A stretch of DNA of 64,000 nucleotides, taken from an uncultured Gammaproteobacteria bacterium. Lineage in GTDB: Bacteria; Pseudomonadota; Gammaproteobacteria; Xanthomonadales; SZUA-36. The number at the start of each line of letters is the position of its first letter. Positions within the stretch are counted from its first letter, which is position 1. Position numbers and translations under genes: made by a program. Positions 17,969 to 27,406 of the stretch are shown one piece after another. The notes beneath the pieces are model-generated. The model was not told the origin of the DNA. It did no database searches and was given only the letters and a program-made list of their open reading frames with translations. The stretch is taken from contig CAWARM010000019.1 of NCBI GenBank assembly GCA_963784425.1, positions 11,340 through 75,339 of the forward strand, given 5' to 3'.

Positions 17969-19447
17969 ATGAAACTACTCAAACGAATACTCTCTATTTG
18001 CGCCCTGTGCAGCGTTGCGACCCTCACGCTGCTGGCAGGGTGCAGCAAAACGGAAGACCCCGTCGCCGTTGCAGAAAAAGCTGACAAGGCTATGGGGACT
18101 GCCGCGCCAGGCATTGCTGAAACCAAGGCCATCGCCGAGGAAGCTTTTATCTACGGCCTGCCGATCGTGATGAACTATGCTGTGATGAATGAATTCGTGC
18201 TGGACAAGAACTCGGGGCAATACAAGGCGCCGTTCAATACCATCAGCAACGAAGCCCGTGTCTTTACCTACGAGGACACGGCCGTGATAACGCCCAATAG
18301 CGACACGCCCTATTCGATGCTCTGGCTGGATTTGCGCGCGGAACCGATGGTGATCTCGGTGCCGGCAGTGGAAAAAGAGCGCTACTATTCGGTGATGTTG
18401 ACTGACGGCAATACCTACAATTATGGCTATGTCGGCAGCCGCGCGACGGGCTCCGATGCAGGTAATTACCTGGTGGCGGGTCCCGACTGGAAAGGAGAGG
18501 CTCCTGTCGGTATCGGCAAGGTCTTCCATTCAACAACGCCCTTTGCGCTCACCATTTTCCGCACCCAATTGTTCAATCCTGAGGACATGCCCAACGTGGT
18601 CAAAGTGCAGGAAGGCTACAAGGCACAGCCCCTGTCTGCCTTCCTGAACCAGCCAGCAGCGCCTAAAGCTCCAGCGATTGATTTCCCGCCGGCGACGACA
18701 GCCGGAATCAAGGAGAATTTCTACGCCTACCTTGATGCCGCCCTTCAGTTCGTGCCGGCAACGCAACAGGACCAAGCGATCCGCGCAAAGCTCGCGAGCA
18801 TCGGCATAGGACCGGGCAAGACCTTTGAGTTCAAGGATCTCTCGGCGGAGCACAAGGCGGCAGTCCTGCTGGCGATGAAGGAAGGCGACGACAAAGTCGC
18901 CGAATACCTGGACTCGGGCATGAAGGACATCAATGGCTGGAAAGTCGGGTCGCTGCAGGGCGACAGTGCCTTCTACAAGGGCGATTGGCTGAAGCGGGCG
19001 GCGGCCGCAAAAGCAGGAATCTACGGCAACGATGCCATCGAGGCCATGTACCCCATGACCCGAGTTGACGCGAACGGGGAAACCCTCGATGGCAGCAAGC
19101 ACAACTACACGCTCACCTTCGCATCTGGACAGTTGCCACCGGTAAATGCTTTCTGGTCCATCACGATGTACGACGGCAGGACACAACTTCTGATCAAGAA
19201 CCCGATCAACCGCTACCTCATCAACTCGCCGATGATGCCGGCAATGACCAAGGGTGCGGACGGCTCTTTGACGCTTTACATCCAGAAGGACTCTCCCGGA
19301 AAAGAACTGGAAGCCAACTGGTTGCCGGCGCCCGACGGTCCGATTTACCTCGTGATGCGCCTGTACTGGCCCAAGACGGAAGCTCCTTCCATCCTGCCGC
19401 CCGGCAGCGGAAGTTGGAGCCCTCCGGGTATTGTGCAAGCGAAATAG
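17969..19447 (+). CDS. DUF1254/DUF1214 domain lipoprotein
   Basis: 492 aa with lipobox LLAGC. EEAFIYGLPIVMNYAVM..TPNSDTPYS..RYYSVMLTDGNTYNYGYVGSRATG matches the DUF1254 plus DUF1214 architecture. Confidence 0.85.
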   Translation: MKLLKRILSICALCSVATLTLLAGCSKTEDPVAVAEKADKAMGTAAPGIAETKAIAEEAFIYGLPIVMNYAVMNEFVLDKNSGQYKAPFNTISNEARVFTYEDTAVITPNSDTPYSMLWLDLRAEPMVISVPAVEKERYYSVMLTDGNTYNYGYVGSRATGSDAGNYLVAGPDWKGEAPVGIGKVFHSTTPFALTIFRTQLFNPEDMPNVVKVQEGYKAQPLSAFLNQPAAPKAPAIDFPPATTAGIKENFYAYLDAALQFVPATQQDQAIRAKLASIGIGPGKTFEFKDLSAEHKAAVLLAMKEGDDKVAEYLDSGMKDINGWKVGSLQGDSAFYKGDWLKRAAAAKAGIYGNDAIEAMYPMTRVDANGETLDGSKHNYTLTFASGQLPPVNAFWSITMYDGRTQLLIKNPINRYLINSPMMPAMTKGADGSLTLYIQKDSPGKELEANWLPAPDGPIYLVMRLYWPKTEAPSILPPGSGSWSPPGIVQAK

Positions 19448-19513
19448 ACTCTTGCAACCTTGCACGCGTAAAGTGGCCCACGTGGTCGCATTTCAGCAAA
19501 GGAAGCAGATGAG

Positions 19514-20863
19514 ATGAAACTTTACAAAATCAACAGGGCCCTGATAGCCTGCGGTGTTGCTTTATCCTGTGCTGCACCCGTATACGCAGAAACCCCGGCG
19601 GCTCTTATGCCGGCCGGCGCGGACCCTGAGATTAGCGCTTTCATAGCGAAAATCCGTGCCGTAGACAACCACAGTCATGCCAACAGCATCGTTCGCGGCG
19701 ATACGGACTACGATGCGCTACCACTCGACGGTGTAGCCATCGAGATGCCGGCACAGCTCAGGCTGGACAATCCGGATTGGATAGCCGCGTACAAAGCGCT
19801 CTACCAGTATCCCTACGATGATATGAGCGAAGCCCACATGCGCGTGCTGCGCGGCGCCATGCAGGATGTTGCACGGGAACAGCGTGAGGATTTTCCCACC
19901 TGGGTGCTGGACCAGGTCGGCACGGAAGTATTGCTGGCAAATCGCATCGCCATGGGGCCGGGGCTGATGTCACAGCGGTTTCGCTGGGTGTCGTACGCAG
20001 ATGCCTTGTTGCTGCCCTTGTCTACCAAGGCAGAGGCGGCTGTTACCCCTGATCGGGAAATTCTCTATCCGCTGGAAGACAAACTGCTGCGGCATTACCT
20101 GTCAGACCTGAAGATTGCTGCGCTGCCCGCAACACTCGACGGCTACCTCGAGTCCGTGGTGACACCTACCCTCGAAGCACAGCGCAACGCGGGATGTGTC
20201 GCCATCAAGTTCGAAGCTGCCTACCTGCGCCCGCTCGACTTCGACGCAGCGGATGCCGAGACCGCGAAGCGGGTCTACGCACAACATATTGCCAGCGGTG
20301 AACCCTCCCACGCGGAATACAAAACGCTGCAGGACTTCCTGTTCCGCTACATTGCGCGGGAGGCTGGCCGACTGGGCATGGCGGTACACATTCATTCATT
20401 CGAAGGATTTGGGCCTTACTTCGACGTGGCCGGCGCTGACCCCATATTGCTGGAGCCGGCTTTCAACGACCCGACCCTGCGCAATACCCACTTTGTCATT
20501 GTTCATGGTGGCGGAATGTATGCGTCAAAAGCAGGCGCGATGATTTGGAAGCCAAACGTGTACGTCGATTTTTCGTTGATGACCGTGGTCTACCCGCCTG
20601 AAAAAGTTGCCGGGATACTGCGGAACTGGCTCACGCAGTTCCCGGAGAAAGTGCTCTTTGGATCCGACGCCATAGGCCTGGGCCCGGATATGGGCTGGGA
20701 GGTAACAGCGTGGGTTGCCGCCAGCACAGCCAGAAAAGCACTCGCCCTGGCGCTCACTCAAATGATGCAGACCGGTGAGGTCAGCCGTGCCCGGGCGGAA
20801 GAAATTGCCACGATGGTGCTGCGCACAAATGCGGGGACCCTCTACTCGCTAGGGTTGAAGTGA
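19514..20863 (+). CDS. Secreted amidohydrolase-family (TIM-barrel metal hydrolase) protein
   Basis: 449 aa with a signal peptide, metal-ligand motif VDNHSH, and later HGGG and GSDA motifs. Confidence 0.75.
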   Translation: MKLYKINRALIACGVALSCAAPVYAETPAALMPAGADPEISAFIAKIRAVDNHSHANSIVRGDTDYDALPLDGVAIEMPAQLRLDNPDWIAAYKALYQYPYDDMSEAHMRVLRGAMQDVAREQREDFPTWVLDQVGTEVLLANRIAMGPGLMSQRFRWVSYADALLLPLSTKAEAAVTPDREILYPLEDKLLRHYLSDLKIAALPATLDGYLESVVTPTLEAQRNAGCVAIKFEAAYLRPLDFDAADAETAKRVYAQHIASGEPSHAEYKTLQDFLFRYIAREAGRLGMAVHIHSFEGFGPYFDVAGADPILLEPAFNDPTLRNTHFVIVHGGGMYASKAGAMIWKPNVYVDFSLMTVVYPPEKVAGILRNWLTQFPEKVLFGSDAIGLGPDMGWEVTAWVAASTARKALALALTQMMQTGEVSRARAEEIATMVLRTNAGTLYSLGLK

Positions 20864-21475
20864 AGCAGCGCGCAGAGTTTCAAGCTCGGCCTCCAGTGCG
20901 GCAATTTTCTGATCTCGTTCTTCGATGGCCGTCGCAACGTCGGCAGCCTCGAAGCGCTGCGGAATGTGCTGCGGACAATTGGCATCCCATGCGCTAACCT
21001 TCAACAGCATGACCTGCTCCGCCCGGGCTTTGTAGTCCTTTGGCATCAGCTTTTCCACCAGTTCAACATCGCCCTCGACAACCTGTGCTTCGCCCCAGAT
21101 CTTTACGCGCTGCTTGTTGGCATAGTCAATCAGGAACAGGTGGAACTTCGGGTTATCCGCAAGGTTGCCGCTGGATATGAATTGCCGGTTACCCCTGAAA
21201 TCAACGAAGCCGACGGTATGTGCGTCGAGTACCTTGAGGAAACCCGGCGGGCCACCGCGGTGCTGGATATAGGGCTGCCCCTCCGCATTGGCCGTCGCCA
21301 GGAAAACACTGATCTGTGCTTCGATGAAGGCCTTGAGGTCATCGGTGATTTCCGTTTTCCAGCCCCGGCCCTGTTCCATGTTGGCATATGCGCCACGCGA
21401 GCCTTTGCGGGTTTGCATGGCCTTTACCGAGTCGGTAAAGGCCACATCGCTGGGATATCGGGAACCCGACCCCAT
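20849..21475 (-). CDS. Pyridoxamine 5'-phosphate oxidase family (FMN-binding split barrel) protein
   Basis: 208 aa with VFLATANAEGQPYIQHRGGPPGFLKVLD..FVDFRGNRQFISSGNL. Lies immediately downstream of the AhpD-like gene on the same strand. Confidence 0.75.
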   Translation of the reverse strand: MGSGSRYPSDVAFTDSVKAMQTRKGSRGAYANMEQGRGWKTEITDDLKAFIEAQISVFLATANAEGQPYIQHRGGPPGFLKVLDAHTVGFVDFRGNRQFISSGNLADNPKFHLFLIDYANKQRVKIWGEAQVVEGDVELVEKLMPKDYKARAEQVMLLKVSAWDANCPQHIPQRFEAADVATAIEERDQKIAALEAELETLRAASLQP

Positions 21476-21477
21476 GA

Positions 21478-22026
21478 TTACGCAGCCAGCCTTGCAGCCA
21501 CTACCGGGAAATCAATATCGGTCCGGGCAACATTGTTGACGTAGTTCGTCAGCACGTTCAGTGCGACGTTCACCACGATTTCAATGATGCCGGCCTCATC
21601 AAAACCGGCAGCGCGCAAGCTGACCAAATCCTCATCGGATACCTGGCCACGGGTTTCGGCAACACGCCGGGCAAACTGCAAGGCGACGTCGGCTTGCGCG
21701 TCGGAAGAATGAGCGTCCCGTGCGGCCTCGATTTCGTCGCCACTGAGCCTGGCAACATTGCGTCCCAGGTAAGTGTGAGCTGACAGGCAATAGTCACACC
21801 CGTTGTACTCGGCAGTTGCCAGGGCAATACGCTCACGCATCTGCGCGGTCAATTTGCCCTTGGCGACAGCACCGTTGAGTGACAGGTAGCCTTCCAGTGC
21901 GGCCGGGCTATTGCCGACCAGTTTCATCAGGTTCGGCACCACGCCAAGCTGTTTTTTGACGGCCTCCAGCAATGGCATGGACGCGGCGGGAGACTGCTCT
22001 ATGGAAGGGATATTGATGCGTGACAT
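21478..22026 (-). CDS. Carboxymuconolactone decarboxylase / AhpD-like family protein
   Basis: ORF trimmed to ATG 22026, which sits behind AAGGAG. Contains the CDYCLSAH (CxxC) core motif of AhpD-like proteins. Confidence 0.8.
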   Translation of the reverse strand: MSRINIPSIEQSPAASMPLLEAVKKQLGVVPNLMKLVGNSPAALEGYLSLNGAVAKGKLTAQMRERIALATAEYNGCDYCLSAHTYLGRNVARLSGDEIEAARDAHSSDAQADVALQFARRVAETRGQVSDEDLVSLRAAGFDEAGIIEIVVNVALNVLTNYVNNVARTDIDFPVVAARLAA

Positions 22027-22145
22027 GTGAAACTCCTTGGATTGGTGATTGGGGTAACCGGGTTTATCTGGCTGAATCATCAGCGAGTGGGGAAAGTCTA
22101 ATTGGTCCATGCTGCAAGCAGAATCCTATATATTTTTAATTAACT

Positions 22146-22162
22146 ATTCCTTATTATGGAAT
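22146..22162. promoter_or_regulatory. Palindrome ATTCC-N7-GGAAT, candidate LysR-type operator
   Basis: ATTCCTTATTATGGAAT sits directly upstream of the LysR start in the LysR/AhpD-like divergent region. It contains a T-N11-A core. Confidence 0.3.
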
Positions 22163-22163
22163 A

Positions 22164-23063
22164 ATGGATAAATTCAACCTGATCACCATTTTCATCGCGG
22201 TCGTGGATGCCAACGGCTTCGCCGCAGCGGCGCGCAAACTGAATATTTCACCACCGGCGGTCACACGCGCCATCAATGAACTGGAGACACAACTCAATGT
22301 GCGATTACTCACCCGTACCACGCGCAAGGTGCGCGTCACCGATGCCGGCGCACGCTATGTTGAGGATTGCCGCAGAATCATTGCCGAGCTCAGCGAGGCG
22401 GATGAATCCGTCGGCGGCAGCCACGGCGCTCCACGAGGCCGGCTCGTAGTAACTGCCCCGGTGCTGTTCGGCAGCAAATTTGTTACGCCGATTGTTGCGG
22501 AATATCTGCAGACTTATGCGGAAGTCAGTGCCTCCTGCCTTTTTCTGGATCGCATCGTGAACATGATGGACGAAGGCATCGATGTCGCCATCCGCATTGG
22601 TGAACTACCTGATTCTTCGATGCAATCCATTCGGGTCGGGCAGGTGCGCCGGGTCATTTGCGCTGCCCCTGGCTACCTGAAGAAGCACGGCATTCCCGGG
22701 AAGCCGGGCGACCTGCAGAACCACTCCATCATTTCGGCCAACAGCACGAACTCTTCTCCCGAGTGGACTCTGATGGAAGACGGTGTCGCGCGCGTGACCA
22801 GGTTGCAATCGCGTTTCACCACGTCCACCAATGATTCCGCCATAACTGCAGCGATCGGCGGGTTTGGCCTGACCCGGCTTCTGTCCTACCAGATTGCCGA
22901 CTTTTTGCGTGATGGCCAGCTGAAAACCGTGCTGAGTCAATGTGAACCCCCCACCCTACCCATCAACGTCGTGCACCGGGAAGGTCGCCATGCATCGAAA
23001 AAAGCCCGCGCCTTCATTGACCTTGCCGTTGCGCGCTTGCGCGCGAATAAGGCCTTGAATTAG
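22164..23063 (+). CDS. LysR family transcriptional regulator
   Basis: 299 aa with an N-terminal wHTH (FIAVVDANGFAAAARKLNISPPAVTRAINELE) plus a LysR substrate-binding domain. Divergent from the AhpD-like operon. Confidence 0.9.
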   Translation: MDKFNLITIFIAVVDANGFAAAARKLNISPPAVTRAINELETQLNVRLLTRTTRKVRVTDAGARYVEDCRRIIAELSEADESVGGSHGAPRGRLVVTAPVLFGSKFVTPIVAEYLQTYAEVSASCLFLDRIVNMMDEGIDVAIRIGELPDSSMQSIRVGQVRRVICAAPGYLKKHGIPGKPGDLQNHSIISANSTNSSPEWTLMEDGVARVTRLQSRFTTSTNDSAITAAIGGFGLTRLLSYQIADFLRDGQLKTVLSQCEPPTLPINVVHREGRHASKKARAFIDLAVARLRANKALN

Positions 23064-23259
23064 CCGTATGCCGCCATGCTGCTCTCTCGGGGCGCCTGAA
23101 GATTGGCCCTGGAGACGCTGGCAGTGGAACAATGCTAAGGGCCATGACTTTTGTCACTCTTCTGTTAGCATCGGCCTACCTGCTATATTCCTATGGGCGA
23201 ACCCTGGTCTAAGCCGGGGCGCCTTCATTTCATGAACCCTTGATGGAGAAACTGTAGCA

Positions 23260-24336
23260 ATGCTTTGGCCCTGGATAGCATTTTTAACGTTCGTGCTGAT
23301 GATGCTGGCGCTGGACCTCGGCGTCTTTCATCGCAAAGCCCACGTGGTCAGCACCAGGGAGGCACTGGCATGGTCGGGTGTGTGGCTGGCCATGGGCCTG
23401 GCGTTTTCGGTCGTGGTGTACTTCGCCTACGAGGGACAGTGGTTCGGCCTTGGCACGGTGGTGGATGCGGTTGACGGGCTAATGAACAATGGCGCCGCGG
23501 CAACCGAGAAATACCTCACCGGTTACGTTGTCGAAAAGTCCCTCAGCGTGGACAACATCTTTGTCATCGCGATGATTTTCGGCTTCTTCGCCGTGCCGCC
23601 TATCTACCAGCACCGTGTATTGTTCTGGGGCATCCTCGGCGCCCTGTTATTGCGCGGCGTAATGATTGGGGTCGGTGCCAAACTGATCGCGGAGTTTCAC
23701 TGGATCCTGTATCTGTTTGCCGCGTTCCTGATCCTGACGGCCATCAAGATGCTCTTTCTCAAGTCGGATGAATCCGATCCGAACAAGAACTTTGTTGTGC
23801 GCGCAATGCGGCGCCTGTTCCCAATCACTGCCAGGTTTCATGGCGAGCATTTTGTGGTCCGCGCAGGCGCACCTGCGTCATACGAGTGCGAAACCCCTGG
23901 CGCGCCAATGGTCGCTGATGAAGTCGTGGACCGGGCGAAGCCCGGAACCTGGCTGCTCACGCCCCTGGCGCTGGCGCTGGTCATGGTCGAAACCACCGAC
24001 CTGATTTTTGCCGTAGACTCCATTCCAGCCATCTTTGCCATCACCGCTGACCCCTTCCTGGTGTTCACCAGCAACGTGTTTGCGATCCTGGGTCTGCGCT
24101 CGCTATACTTCGCCCTGGCGGGACTGGTGGACAAGTTCCGCTACCTGAAGGTATCGCTCGCGCTGGTGCTGATGATCGTGGGCGTGAAGATGCTGCTTGC
24201 CGAGTGGCTGAAGCTTGCGCTCGGTGAGCATTTCAATCTGTATTTATTGGCGGTAATTCTCAGTGTGCTCGCGGGGGGCGTGGTGGCATCCATTCTGGCT
24301 GACCGCCATCAATCGAGCCGGGCGACAATGCCGTAG
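23260..24336 (+). CDS. TerC/Alx family integral membrane protein
   Basis: 358 aa. MLALDLGVFHRKAHVVSTREALAWSGVW and the repeated DxxFAxDSIPA-type motif (DLIFAVDSIPAIFAIT). Confidence 0.85.
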   Translation: MLWPWIAFLTFVLMMLALDLGVFHRKAHVVSTREALAWSGVWLAMGLAFSVVVYFAYEGQWFGLGTVVDAVDGLMNNGAAATEKYLTGYVVEKSLSVDNIFVIAMIFGFFAVPPIYQHRVLFWGILGALLLRGVMIGVGAKLIAEFHWILYLFAAFLILTAIKMLFLKSDESDPNKNFVVRAMRRLFPITARFHGEHFVVRAGAPASYECETPGAPMVADEVVDRAKPGTWLLTPLALALVMVETTDLIFAVDSIPAIFAITADPFLVFTSNVFAILGLRSLYFALAGLVDKFRYLKVSLALVLMIVGVKMLLAEWLKLALGEHFNLYLLAVILSVLAGGVVASILADRHQSSRATMP

Positions 24337-24397
24337 AACACTTCCCGTGGGGATGTTCAGAGCCTGCTTGCCTGGATAGTCGGCGCGAGAAAAACTG

Positions 24398-25348
24398 ATG
24401 ATCAAGAAACGTATCTATGATCCCGAGGTTGAGGAAGTGGCTTCGATTTTTCCCCGGTTGGATCTTTCTGATATACCCACTGCCAGGGCGACTCTGGAAA
24501 CCTTCATTGACGACATGGCCAAGCAAGGCGTGGAACGCCCGACCGATGACCGCATCGAGGAAATCGAGCGGATGATACCCGGGCCAGGCGGTGCACCCGA
24601 TGTGCGCATCCGCATCTATATGCCCAAAGACCGTACCGGAGCAGGACCTGGCTTTGTGAATTTCCACGGCGGCGGATTTGTACTGGGCGACCTGGAATCA
24701 GAACATCCCCGCTGCCTCATCATGGCTGCCCAGGGTGGAGCTGTTTCCATTGGCGTTGATTACCGGCTGGCGCCGGAAAACCCTTTTCCGGCGGGGGTTG
24801 AAGACTGCTACGCCGCTCTGCAGTGGGTGGTTGAGAACGCGCAGGAACTCAAGATCGACCCCGCCAGGATCGCCATTGGCGGCTGCAGTGCGGGTGGCAA
24901 TCTCACTGCGGCAGTCGCCTTGATGGCCCGTGATCGGGGCGGGCCCAGATCAGCCCTGCAGATGCTGTTTTACCCGGTCATCGATGATCGCTGCGAAACC
25001 CCGTCGATGCTGGATGGAACGGGTTTGTACATCTGGGATTACCAGAATTCGCTGGATATGTGGCATCACTACATCGGCCAGGACCGCAGCATGGTGTCGC
25101 CGTATGCGGCGCCCGCACGCGCCGATGATTTATCCGGTTTGCCACCGGCCTATGTCATGACCTGTGAACACGACCCGCTGCGTGACGAAGCGCTCATCTA
25201 TGCCACGCGCCTGATGCAGGCGGGTGTTCCGGTAGACCTGCACAACTACCCGGGCACAGTCCACGGTTTTGACTTCCTGACACAATCCGATATATCTGCG
25301 CGTGCAATCAAGGAGGGTGTGGACGCTTTTCAGCGAGCGATGGCATGA
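24398..25348 (+). CDS. Alpha/beta hydrolase, hormone-sensitive-lipase-type esterase
   Basis: 316 aa with oxyanion HGGGF and nucleophile elbow GCSAGGN. Confidence 0.85.
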   Translation: MIKKRIYDPEVEEVASIFPRLDLSDIPTARATLETFIDDMAKQGVERPTDDRIEEIERMIPGPGGAPDVRIRIYMPKDRTGAGPGFVNFHGGGFVLGDLESEHPRCLIMAAQGGAVSIGVDYRLAPENPFPAGVEDCYAALQWVVENAQELKIDPARIAIGGCSAGGNLTAAVALMARDRGGPRSALQMLFYPVIDDRCETPSMLDGTGLYIWDYQNSLDMWHHYIGQDRSMVSPYAAPARADDLSGLPPAYVMTCEHDPLRDEALIYATRLMQAGVPVDLHNYPGTVHGFDFLTQSDISARAIKEGVDAFQRAMA

Positions 25349-25445
25349 AGAACTTGCCCATGCGCTGCTTCACGGTACCCCCGGTAGCCCTGCCTGCAGA
25401 TGGTGTTATAAATCCGAGCCGCTAACGCCCGCGCAGAGGGCCAGG

Positions 25446-26621
25446 TCACGAGCGGCCATGAGCCCGGTGCTCCAACAGCCCACTGGCAATGGGCACCGCC
25501 AGCACCGCGATGCACACCATCACGACTGCCGGCCAGCCACCCTGCGCATAAGCGAATCCGGAAACCGTGATACCGCTGAAACCTCCCGCGTAATAGAACA
25601 AAACATACAAGGCATTCGCGCGACCACGGCCGCTACTCAGCCGCAGGTTCAGTGCGCCTACGGCAGAAGCGTGCACGCCAAAGTAACCTGCACAGATTGT
25701 GGCCAAAGCCAGGCCGATGGCGACCAGCGAAGGCACGAGGGAGAGCACCAGGCCCAGCACCAGCAGGAGCGCACCACCGGCCATGGTCAAGCCGCTGCCA
25801 AACCGGTTATTGGCGCGCCCGGCCAGGGGACCGACGACAATGCCAATGACATACGTGAGGTACAAAGCCGTTATGAATTGCAGTGGCAATGACACGGGTG
25901 GCGCGGCGAGGTAGAAAGGCAGGAAATTGAATACCGAAGAGAACACGAAAAACGAGGCAAATGCGACCAGAAACAGGCGCAACAGATCCGGGCGCGCAAG
26001 CATGGACCAAAGGCCGATCTCGCTTCCGCCGGTCTCACTTCCAGGATGCTGCACAGCAGGAGCAGGTTCACGCAGGCGGCGTGCAGCAACCAGGGTCGCG
26101 ATGACGATCAATACCGCGGACGTCACAAAGGCATAACGCCAGTGCGCCGGCGGGTGCAGCCAGCCACCCAGCAAACGCCCGCCCAAGCCCCCGGCCACGG
26201 TAGCTGAAACGTAACTGCCCATGACCACGTTGAGCTTATGCGCCGGCAGGCTGCGCGCGAGGTAGGTCACCATGCAGGTGGTCAGCGTGGGAATAAAGAT
26301 CCCCTGGATAAAGCGCACTGCGACCAGGGCCCACAAACTGTGGGTCAATGCGGCAAACACGCAGCACGTCGCCACGATCAAGCCGCCCGCCAGCAAAATG
26401 CGGTGCACGGGTGCGTGATCCGACAGGATGCCAAAAGGCAGGATGGAAATCGCAATGCCAAGGATCACCGCTGAAACCGTGAGCGAAACCTCAAAGGCAG
26501 TCGCGCCGAACTCGTCCGCCAGCACGGGCAGCACCGGCTGGGTTATGTACACCGAGCTGAACGCTGCGGCAGCGACCAGGAAGACGATGGCCTGGAGGGG
26601 AAGCCTGTCGATTGGATTCAT
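25446..26621 (-). CDS. MFS transporter
   Basis: ORF 25446-26900 trimmed to ATG 26621 (MNPIDRLPLQAIVFLV). About 12 hydrophobic segments throughout. Confidence 0.8.
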   Translation of the reverse strand: MNPIDRLPLQAIVFLVAAAAFSSVYITQPVLPVLADEFGATAFEVSLTVSAVILGIAISILPFGILSDHAPVHRILLAGGLIVATCCVFAALTHSLWALVAVRFIQGIFIPTLTTCMVTYLARSLPAHKLNVVMGSYVSATVAGGLGGRLLGGWLHPPAHWRYAFVTSAVLIVIATLVAARRLREPAPAVQHPGSETGGSEIGLWSMLARPDLLRLFLVAFASFFVFSSVFNFLPFYLAAPPVSLPLQFITALYLTYVIGIVVGPLAGRANNRFGSGLTMAGGALLLVLGLVLSLVPSLVAIGLALATICAGYFGVHASAVGALNLRLSSGRGRANALYVLFYYAGGFSGITVSGFAYAQGGWPAVVMVCIAVLAVPIASGLLEHRAHGRS

Positions 26622-26737
26622 GGCTAATGGTAAACAATTTGGCTCCAGTGCTGCATCAGCATCGGTGCTTTGCACGAGCCGCCGCTTGTCATTGTGTAAA
26701 ATAGACGATACTCGCCAACACACAGGCAGGGCAGAAA

Positions 26738-27262
26738 ATGACAATTTATGAACTCGCCGCAATCGGCGAAATCGTCGGCGCACTTGGGGTAGTGGCTTCA
26801 TTGATTTATCTCTCGGTACAGATTCGCCAGAACACCCATGCCATGGACGAGGGCCGCCGCCTGGCGCTGGCCCAAACCTACCAGATGCGCGCGGATGCAC
26901 TGCAACAGATGGTTGTCACCGCGGCCACTTCCGAGATCGGCGCAATCATCGTGAAACTGACCGAAGACGGCTACCCGGAAGACGTTTCCGCCCTGGCTCG
27001 GCTCAGTGCCGAAGAACGCGGCCGGTTTCGTCTGTGGCACATCGCACAGCAAACCCATTGGGACAACCTGTACTTCCAGTACCAGCAGGGGTTCCTGGAC
27101 GAGGAGTATGTCAACGAATCATTCCGGGAGCGTACCGTGCGCCTGGCGCCGGTATGGCGGGCCCTGGGCATTTCCGGTGGGCGGCCAAGTTTTCTGCAGG
27201 AAATTGAGCGCCTGGAGAAGGAACACTTGGACAAGAAAACGTCAAGCCTTGGGGATCAATGA
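26738..27262 (+). CDS. Hypothetical membrane-anchored protein
   Basis: 174 aa with a single N-terminal TM (IGEIVGALGVVASLIYL). Protein-like composition, but no family recognised. Confidence 0.55.
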   Translation: MTIYELAAIGEIVGALGVVASLIYLSVQIRQNTHAMDEGRRLALAQTYQMRADALQQMVVTAATSEIGAIIVKLTEDGYPEDVSALARLSAEERGRFRLWHIAQQTHWDNLYFQYQQGFLDEEYVNESFRERTVRLAPVWRALGISGGRPSFLQEIERLEKEHLDKKTSSLGDQ

Positions 27263-27406
27263 AACATGGTCATCCGGTACCGAGAAGATATGCGGTCCGT
27301 CTTTTCCATGCTCGTCTTTTCCCTATTCTCTGGAGCGAGTATGCTGAGCAAGTGGCCGCAGCGGTAATCGTCGCTGGGGAAGAGCTTCAAATATAGAGAC
27401 CCGCCC

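Noticed and set aside
23064-23259. Possible yybP-ykoY (Mn2+) riboswitch in the ~195-nt leader of the TerC/Alx-family gene
   Set aside because: Such riboswitches are known upstream of alx/TerC genes. I could not find the conserved GGGGAGUAG L1 motif, only cggggcgcctg, and only a loose resemblance to the UUGACA..UUAGCAAGACC arm. A cmsearch with RF00080 would settle it. Not claimed.
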